From Candidatus Omnitrophota bacterium (GTDB taxonomy: Bacteria; Omnitrophota; Gorgyraeia; Zapsychrales; Fredricksoniimonadaceae), in the NCBI GenBank assembly GCA_903908245.1, contig CAIVRE010000007.1:4984-68983 (forward strand): a stretch of 64,000 nt of DNA. Direction: 5' to 3'. Below, in pieces: positions 58,501-64,000 of the stretch. A program made the translations under genes and the position numbers. How positions within the stretch are numbered: position 1 is the first letter of the stretch; every line of letters starts with the position of its first letter. The notes below the pieces were generated by a model, which saw only the letters and a list, made by a program, of their open reading frames with translations, had not been told where the DNA came from and made no database searches.

Positions 58501-59841
58501 ATGAATCCTTATATTGCCAATACTCCCGAAGATGTCCGCCTTATGCTCGAGGCTGTCGGTGCGCGCTCTATCGACGACTTGTTCGTCGATATCCAGCCCC
58601 GCCATGCGCCGCGATCATTTGATCTGCCGGAAGGCCTTTCCGAATATGAAGTGGTCCGTCATCTCAATGACCTGTCGCTGAAGAATATGGTTGGCCCCGT
58701 GCCTTTTATCGGCGGAGGGTATTACGACCATTATGTCCCGGCCGCCTGTCAGGCCTTGATCGCCCGGGGGGAATTTTATACGGCGTATACTCCGTATCAG
58801 CCGGAATGCGCGCAGGGGACCCTTCAGGCGCTTTTTGAGTTCCAGAGCTGTATCTGCGCGCTGACGGGGATGGATGTGGCGAATGCCTCGCTTTACGAAG
58901 GGGGTACGGCCCTTTACGAGGCGATGATGATGGCGCTGCGGATCACCGGGCGCAACAGGGTCGTTATCGATAGCGGCGTCAGCCCGATCTACCGCAAGAT
59001 CTTAAAGTCGTATACGCACAGTCTGAACATCGAGTTCATTGAAACACCGGTCCTGCATGGCCAGGGGGATCGTTCGGCCATTAATAAGGTCCTTGATGGT
59101 GCGACAGCCGCGGTCATCCTGCAGAATCCGAATTTCTTCGGTGCCATTGATGATCATGCGGATATTGCCGCCAAGGCCCATGCCTGCGGGGCGCTTCTTA
59201 TTGAAAGTGTTTATCCTGTTTCGCTGGGATTGCTCAAGACCCCGGCGGAGATGGGGGCGGATATCGTGACCGGTGAAGGCCAGTCGCTGGGGCTGCCGCT
59301 TAATTTCGGCGGCCCGTATCTTGGTTTTATTGCCGCCAGGAAAAAATATATCCGCCAGATGCCCGGGCGTATCGTCGGAGAGACGGTCGACGCGCAAGGC
59401 CGTCGTTGTTTTGTCAATACGCTCCAGGCGCGGGAGCAGCATATCCGCCGCGAAAAAGCCACGTCGAATATCTGCACCAATGTCGCGCTTTGTGCTACCC
59501 AGGCGGCTATTTTTATGTCGCTGGTAGGGAAAGAGGGCTTGAAGGACCTGGCTCAACTTAATTGCGATAAAGCGGAGTTCCTCAAAAGCCGGCTTGCGAT
59601 GATCAAGGGCGTCGAGGTCAAGCGTTCTTCGCCGACTTTCAATGAATTTACGGTGTGCCTGTCGAGGAGCGCCAATGATGTGGTCGAGCGGATGATGATG
59701 CGCGGCTTCGCCGCCGGGTTCCCCCTCGGGCGTTATTATGACGGGATGGACAATTATCTTCTGATCGCTGTAACGGAAAAGCGTACCCGGGCCGAGCTTG
59801 ATGGCTATGCAAAGGCCCTTGAAGAGGTATTGCGCGCATGA
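58501..59841 (+). CDS. gcvPA: Glycine dehydrogenase subunit 1
   Basis: YTPYQPE..QG.LQ, NASLY, GGP..G, REQHIRREKATSNICTN. Confidence 0.96.
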   Translation: MNPYIANTPEDVRLMLEAVGARSIDDLFVDIQPRHAPRSFDLPEGLSEYEVVRHLNDLSLKNMVGPVPFIGGGYYDHYVPAACQALIARGEFYTAYTPYQPECAQGTLQALFEFQSCICALTGMDVANASLYEGGTALYEAMMMALRITGRNRVVIDSGVSPIYRKILKSYTHSLNIEFIETPVLHGQGDRSAINKVLDGATAAVILQNPNFFGAIDDHADIAAKAHACGALLIESVYPVSLGLLKTPAEMGADIVTGEGQSLGLPLNFGGPYLGFIAARKKYIRQMPGRIVGETVDAQGRRCFVNTLQAREQHIRREKATSNICTNVALCATQAAIFMSLVGKEGLKDLAQLNCDKAEFLKSRLAMIKGVEVKRSSPTFNEFTVCLSRSANDVVERMMMRGFAAGFPLGRYYDGMDNYLLIAVTEKRTRAELDGYAKALEEVLRA

Positions 59842-61304
59842 ACCTTATTTTTGAACAGTCAGTTGCGGGGCGCCGGGGGGTTAAGCTGCCGGTATCAGAT
59901 GTGCCGGTGAAGGCTGTTCTGCCTTCCAGGTATTTACGCGCCTGTGCGGCTCAATGGCCCGAGGTTTCCGAGCTGGATGTCGTGCGGCACTTTACCCGTT
60001 TGTCCCAGCGGAATTTTTCGGTTGATGCCAATTTTTATCCGCTCGGTTCATGCACCATGAAATATAACCCGAAATTCACCGAGAAGGTGGCGGGCATGAG
60101 CGGCTTTGCGGACCTTCATCCGTTGCTGCCTCAGCTGAAAGGCGGCGAGAAATATGCCCAGGGCGCGCTGGAGGTCCTTTATGAATGTGAGCGCTGGCTG
60201 TGCGCGATCACCGGGATGAAAGCGTATACCATGCAGCCGCTGGCGGGTGCTCACGGCGAGCTGACAGGCATTATGCTGATGGCGGCGTATCATAAGGCCA
60301 AAGGCAATACGAAAAAGAAGTTTGTTATCGTCCCGGATTCTGCCCATGGCACTAATCCTGCCAGCGCCGCGGTGGCCGGTTATTCCATTATTTCTGTTCC
60401 GTCGGATAAGCGGGGCGTGATGGACCTTGAGAAACTTAAGGGTGTGCTGACGGATGAAGTGGCGGGGCTGATGATGACCTGTCCTGATACCCATGGGGTC
60501 TTTAATCCGCAGATCGACGAGATCGCGCGCCTGATCCATTCGGTTGACGGGATCATGTATTATGACGGAGCCAATCTCAACGCCATTCTCGGGCGTGCCC
60601 GCCCGGGGGACCTGGGGTTTGATGTGGTGCATTTGAATCTGCACAAGACATTTGCTACCCCTCATGGCGGCGGCGGTCCCGGGTCCGGTCCGGTGGGAGT
60701 CAGCGGGAAACTTGAACCGTTTCTGCCGGTATCGCGCGTGATGAAACGTTCTGACGGCGTCTTTGCCCTGAATTATGACTATCCGGATTCCATCGGATAT
60801 ATCGCGTCTTTTTACGGCGCTTTCGGGATCATCCTCAGGGCTTATGCCTATATGTTGATCCTCGGGCGGGAAGGCCTCAAGCAGACGGCCGACCATGCTG
60901 TGTTGAACGCGAATTACCTGCTGCATAAATTGAAGCCTTATTACCAGGTCGCTTTTGACCGGGTGTGTATGCACGAATGCCTTTTTTCCGCCTCCCGGCA
61001 GCTGGAGCGTGGTGTTCACGCGATCGATATCGCCAAGTTCCTTATCGACAGGAATATCCATCCGCCGACAGTCTATTTTCCGCTGACGGTCAAGGAGGCG
61101 ATCATGATCGAGCCGACCGAGACGGAAAGCAGGGCTACGCTTGACGAGTTCGCCGCGGCCATGATCGAGGCGGCCGCCCTGGTCAAGTCTTCACCGGATG
61201 TTTTTCATTCTTTTCCGGCCACGATGCCTATTTCCCGTCCGGATGAGGTCAAGGCCGCGCGTGAAATGAAGGTGAATTTCTTTGCCCGCCCCGATGCGCG
61301 TTGA
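59838..61304 (+). CDS. gcvPB: Glycine dehydrogenase subunit 2
   Basis: YPLGSCTMKYNP, AHGTNPAS, NLHKTF..PHGGGGPG, IEPTETES. Confidence 0.96.
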   Translation: MNLIFEQSVAGRRGVKLPVSDVPVKAVLPSRYLRACAAQWPEVSELDVVRHFTRLSQRNFSVDANFYPLGSCTMKYNPKFTEKVAGMSGFADLHPLLPQLKGGEKYAQGALEVLYECERWLCAITGMKAYTMQPLAGAHGELTGIMLMAAYHKAKGNTKKKFVIVPDSAHGTNPASAAVAGYSIISVPSDKRGVMDLEKLKGVLTDEVAGLMMTCPDTHGVFNPQIDEIARLIHSVDGIMYYDGANLNAILGRARPGDLGFDVVHLNLHKTFATPHGGGGPGSGPVGVSGKLEPFLPVSRVMKRSDGVFALNYDYPDSIGYIASFYGAFGIILRAYAYMLILGREGLKQTADHAVLNANYLLHKLKPYYQVAFDRVCMHECLFSASRQLERGVHAIDIAKFLIDRNIHPPTVYFPLTVKEAIMIEPTETESRATLDEFAAAMIEAAALVKSSPDVFHSFPATMPISRPDEVKAAREMKVNFFARPDAR

Positions 61305-61932
61305 CCTTTCCGGTTTTATCGATCCCCGCATGAATCTGGATTATGATGACCAGTTGCTCCGCAGCGCCGAGGCGGGCGCAGGAGAGGTGCTGCGTTTCTG
61401 GGAGTCTCCTTCTTATTTTGTTGTATTGGGCCGGACCTGCAAGGAGCAGGAAGATGTGGCCGGTGAGGCTTGCCGGCGTGACAATATCCCTGTCCTTCGC
61501 CGCAGTTCCGGTGGCGGGACGGTCCTGCAGGGGCCGGGGTGTCTGAATTTTGCCGTGGTGCTTGTAAAAAATAATAATGCCGCGCTCGCTTCGATCACGG
61601 GGTCATATGGGCATATCCTTGGAAAAGTGGTCCGGGCCATGAAAGGTCTTGGAGTTGAGGCGGTTTTTCGCCCGGTTTGCGACCTGGCCCTCGCTTCGAC
61701 TGACCGGAAATTCTCCGGTAATGCCCAGCGCCGGGGCAGGAACTGTATCCTTCATCATGGCACGATCCTTTATGGGTTCGATCTTGATCGTATCGGCCAG
61801 TATCTGAAGATGCCGAATAAAATGCCTGGCTATCGTAATGCCCGGTCGCATGACCTTTTTGTCGCCAATATTCCCGCCCGTCCTGAAGAGATCCGCCGCG
61901 CTATTACGGCAAGTTTTCTTTGCGGATCGTAG
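61294..61932 (+). CDS. Lipoate-protein ligase family protein
   Basis: RRSSGGGTV..G, KFSGNAQ, HHGT; follows gcv genes. Confidence 0.88.
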   Translation: MRVDLSGFIDPRMNLDYDDQLLRSAEAGAGEVLRFWESPSYFVVLGRTCKEQEDVAGEACRRDNIPVLRRSSGGGTVLQGPGCLNFAVVLVKNNNAALASITGSYGHILGKVVRAMKGLGVEAVFRPVCDLALASTDRKFSGNAQRRGRNCILHHGTILYGFDLDRIGQYLKMPNKMPGYRNARSHDLFVANIPARPEEIRRAITASFLCGS

Positions 61933-62004
61933 TGACGATCCATGGATCGCTCTGGCTGATTTTTTATTTTCTTTTCGCATCAAAGTGCTACAATGACGCC
62001 ACTT

Positions 62005-63297
62005 ATGCGAAAAATCTTTTATTTTCTTCTGGTTTTTCTTCTTGCAGCGGTTTGTCCCGGAATGACCGCAGATAAGCCGCCGGTTCCGGTGCCTGCCGTC
62101 CAATCGTCATCTGGACTGACTGTAAGATCGTCCGCAAAGCGGACGGTGCGTGACGAATGCCTCGCCTATTTCGAAGAACTTTATCAGAAGATGGATGAGA
62201 ATTATTATTTTGATCTTCGCCGGGCGGATTATGACCGGTTCATTAAAGCATTTGACGAGAAGATCTATCCCAGTCTTCTCCTGGAAGGGAAAAGCAATGA
62301 TTATGTCCGCTGGCGCAGCACCGCGTATCTGGTGGATTTCCTGAAACAGCCGGATGATGTTTTTTCCCGTTTCTTGCCGCCGAAGCCTGCCGAAAAGTTC
62401 GCCCAGGAAGTTTATGGCCAGAAGATCGACCTGGGGATCGAAGGCCGGATGGAGCCTTCGGGTTTTGTGGTCAGCTTTATCGAGCCGCGTTCGGATGCCT
62501 ATGCGCTGGGCTTGCGCGAGAATGACCTTATTGTGCAGATCGATGGCGAGGACGTTTTGAAACTGGGGCAAGACAAGGTCAGGGCCAGGCTGATCCCGCT
62601 GGCGGGTTCAAAGGTGACACTGGACTATATTGACGGGATCGTGCGCAAGCCTCATGTGATCGCGCCGGTGAGCAAGGAGTATTACAAGCAGACCGTTTTT
62701 CTTAAGGCAACAGGGGTGCCGGACATTTATTGTCTGGATATCCAGAAGTTCAATCGCACAACGAATGAGGATGCCGGACGGTTCCTTCCATTGATAGCGG
62801 CGAAGAATCCGCGGGGGATTGTGATCGACCTGCGCAATAATCCCGGCGGTCCGCCGTTAGCGGCCTTGATGATCGCGGCGTTCTTTTTGCCGAACGAAGA
62901 ACTGTTCGCGTATTTTGAGGGCCGGCACAAGCCCCGTTCCGAGCTGGTGATCCCGCGCCTGCCGGACCAGTTCCATTATAACTGGCCGATGGTGATCCTT
63001 GTCAATAGCGGGACGGGCAGTGCGTCCGAGCTTTTTTCAGGTGTTATGCAGGCGCGCAAGCGGGCTGTCGTGATCGGGCGTGATACGGCGGGGCAGGTCC
63101 TTTTGAAAAGCATTTTTGATATGTCCGACGGTTCGAGCCTGGCGATGGTGGTAGCCCGCGGGCATTTTCCGGATGGCCGGGCATTTCCGTTCGACGGGGT
63201 CAAGCCCAACGAGTATGTGCCCGATGAGATCCCGGCGGACCAGATGATCGGGAATGCCGCTAAATACCTTTTATTGAAAGCCGAAGGGCGGTTGTGA
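62005..63297 (+). CDS. S41-family (CtpA-like) PDZ protease homolog
   Basis: Signal peptide, PDZ, IDLRNNPGG, TGSASE, GV.P. Confidence 0.85.
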   Translation: MRKIFYFLLVFLLAAVCPGMTADKPPVPVPAVQSSSGLTVRSSAKRTVRDECLAYFEELYQKMDENYYFDLRRADYDRFIKAFDEKIYPSLLLEGKSNDYVRWRSTAYLVDFLKQPDDVFSRFLPPKPAEKFAQEVYGQKIDLGIEGRMEPSGFVVSFIEPRSDAYALGLRENDLIVQIDGEDVLKLGQDKVRARLIPLAGSKVTLDYIDGIVRKPHVIAPVSKEYYKQTVFLKATGVPDIYCLDIQKFNRTTNEDAGRFLPLIAAKNPRGIVIDLRNNPGGPPLAALMIAAFFLPNEELFAYFEGRHKPRSELVIPRLPDQFHYNWPMVILVNSGTGSASELFSGVMQARKRAVVIGRDTAGQVLLKSIFDMSDGSSLAMVVARGHFPDGRAFPFDGVKPNEYVPDEIPADQMIGNAAKYLLLKAEGRL

Positions 63298-63301
63298 ACG
63301 C

Positions 63302-63652
63302 ATGATACTGTTAAAGATCTTTATGCTGCAACTTGTTGCCGTGGCAGTGATTTTATTCGTGCTGTGGAAAATGCTCAGGCGGGAGCTGGTCGAGGCGGCA
63401 TTGCAGGCGCTTGAAGCAGCCGCGCCGCGCAGCGATGTGGCCGAGGTTTCGGCCGTTTCGGCCGCGGCGCTTTCTTCCGTCGATGAAGCAAGGTTAATGG
63501 CGCTGTTAAAGCAAAAGTTCCCGTCTGCGGCCATTGGCCTGGCGGTGAACGCACAGATCCGTAGCGGGCTGGTCATTAAAGCAGGCGAGTTGTTATTGGA
63601 TTACAGTTTTTTAACAAGGATGAAAAGTCTCTTTGGTCAACAGGATACGTGA
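63302..63652 (+). CDS. Membrane-anchored protein with an ATP synthase delta/OSCP C-terminal-like domain
   Basis: N-terminal TM; SA..LS...L...L.........VN..I.SGLVIK.G...LD.S...R...L. Confidence 0.6.
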   Translation: MILLKIFMLQLVAVAVILFVLWKMLRRELVEAALQALEAAAPRSDVAEVSAVSAAALSSVDEARLMALLKQKFPSAAIGLAVNAQIRSGLVIKAGELLLDYSFLTRMKSLFGQQDT

Positions 63653-63653
63653 A

Positions 63654-64000
63654 ATGAAAATATTGGCCATTATCCCGGCGTACAATGAGTCGGGCAATAT
63701 TGAGCGGGTGGTGCGGGAGGTGCTGGCGCTGCCTTTGTCTGTGGTCCCCCTGGTGATCGATGATGGGTCGGCGGATGATACAGCGGTGTGTGCCAGGCGG
63801 GCGGGAGCCCGGGTGATCGTGCTTCCTTTTAATCTGGGGATCGGGGGAGCGGTGCAGGCCGGTTATCGCTATGCTGACGTCAATGGTTTTGATATCGCGA
63901 TCCAGGTCGACGGTGACGGCCAGCATGATGTATCATACCTGGCGGCCATTATCAGGCCTCTGACGGAGGCTCGGGCCGACATGGTCATCGGCAGCCGTTT
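63654..64000 (+). CDS. Glycosyltransferase family 2 (truncated by window edge)
   Basis: IIPAYNE, VIDDGS.D.T, NLGIGGA...G, DGDGQH, D.VIGSR. Confidence 0.92.
   Translation, partial: MKILAIIPAYNESGNIERVVREVLALPLSVVPLVIDDGSADDTAVCARRAGARVIVLPFNLGIGGAVQAGYRYADVNGFDIAIQVDGDGQHDVSYLAAIIRPLTEARADMVIGSR

Overview
Gene-dense bacterial chromosomal window, almost entirely + strand. It is most likely from a PVC-superphylum organism, plausibly Ca. Omnitrophota (inferred from a PVC-type small basic protein, giant envelope genes and several PilZ proteins). Most of it is housekeeping: accC end, gmhA/rfaE2, thiE, tRNA-Gly, dgt, aroB, uvrB, coaX, groESL, guaB3-guaA, dnaE, and the glycine cleavage operon. The standout is a ~20 kb block at 32.3-52.0 kb. 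It encodes a 3445-aa secreted protein (repeated beta-rich passenger, Ig/DUF11/FlgD-like domains, very large predicted beta-barrel region, helical tail), a ~2030-aa exported protein built from ~19 TPR-like units with a strict 63-aa period in its core, an AsmA-family protein, a PilZ protein and two membrane-anchored coiled-coil proteins. Together these may form an uncharacterised envelope-spanning adhesion/secretion apparatus. Several enzymes have altered catalytic motifs: PfkA, HD-GYP, and an S41 protease with a reciprocal Lys/Gln swap. GTAG-type REP elements are present. No CRISPR array, rRNA, integrase or transposase was seen. All family calls come from recognising motifs by eye; no database searches were run.
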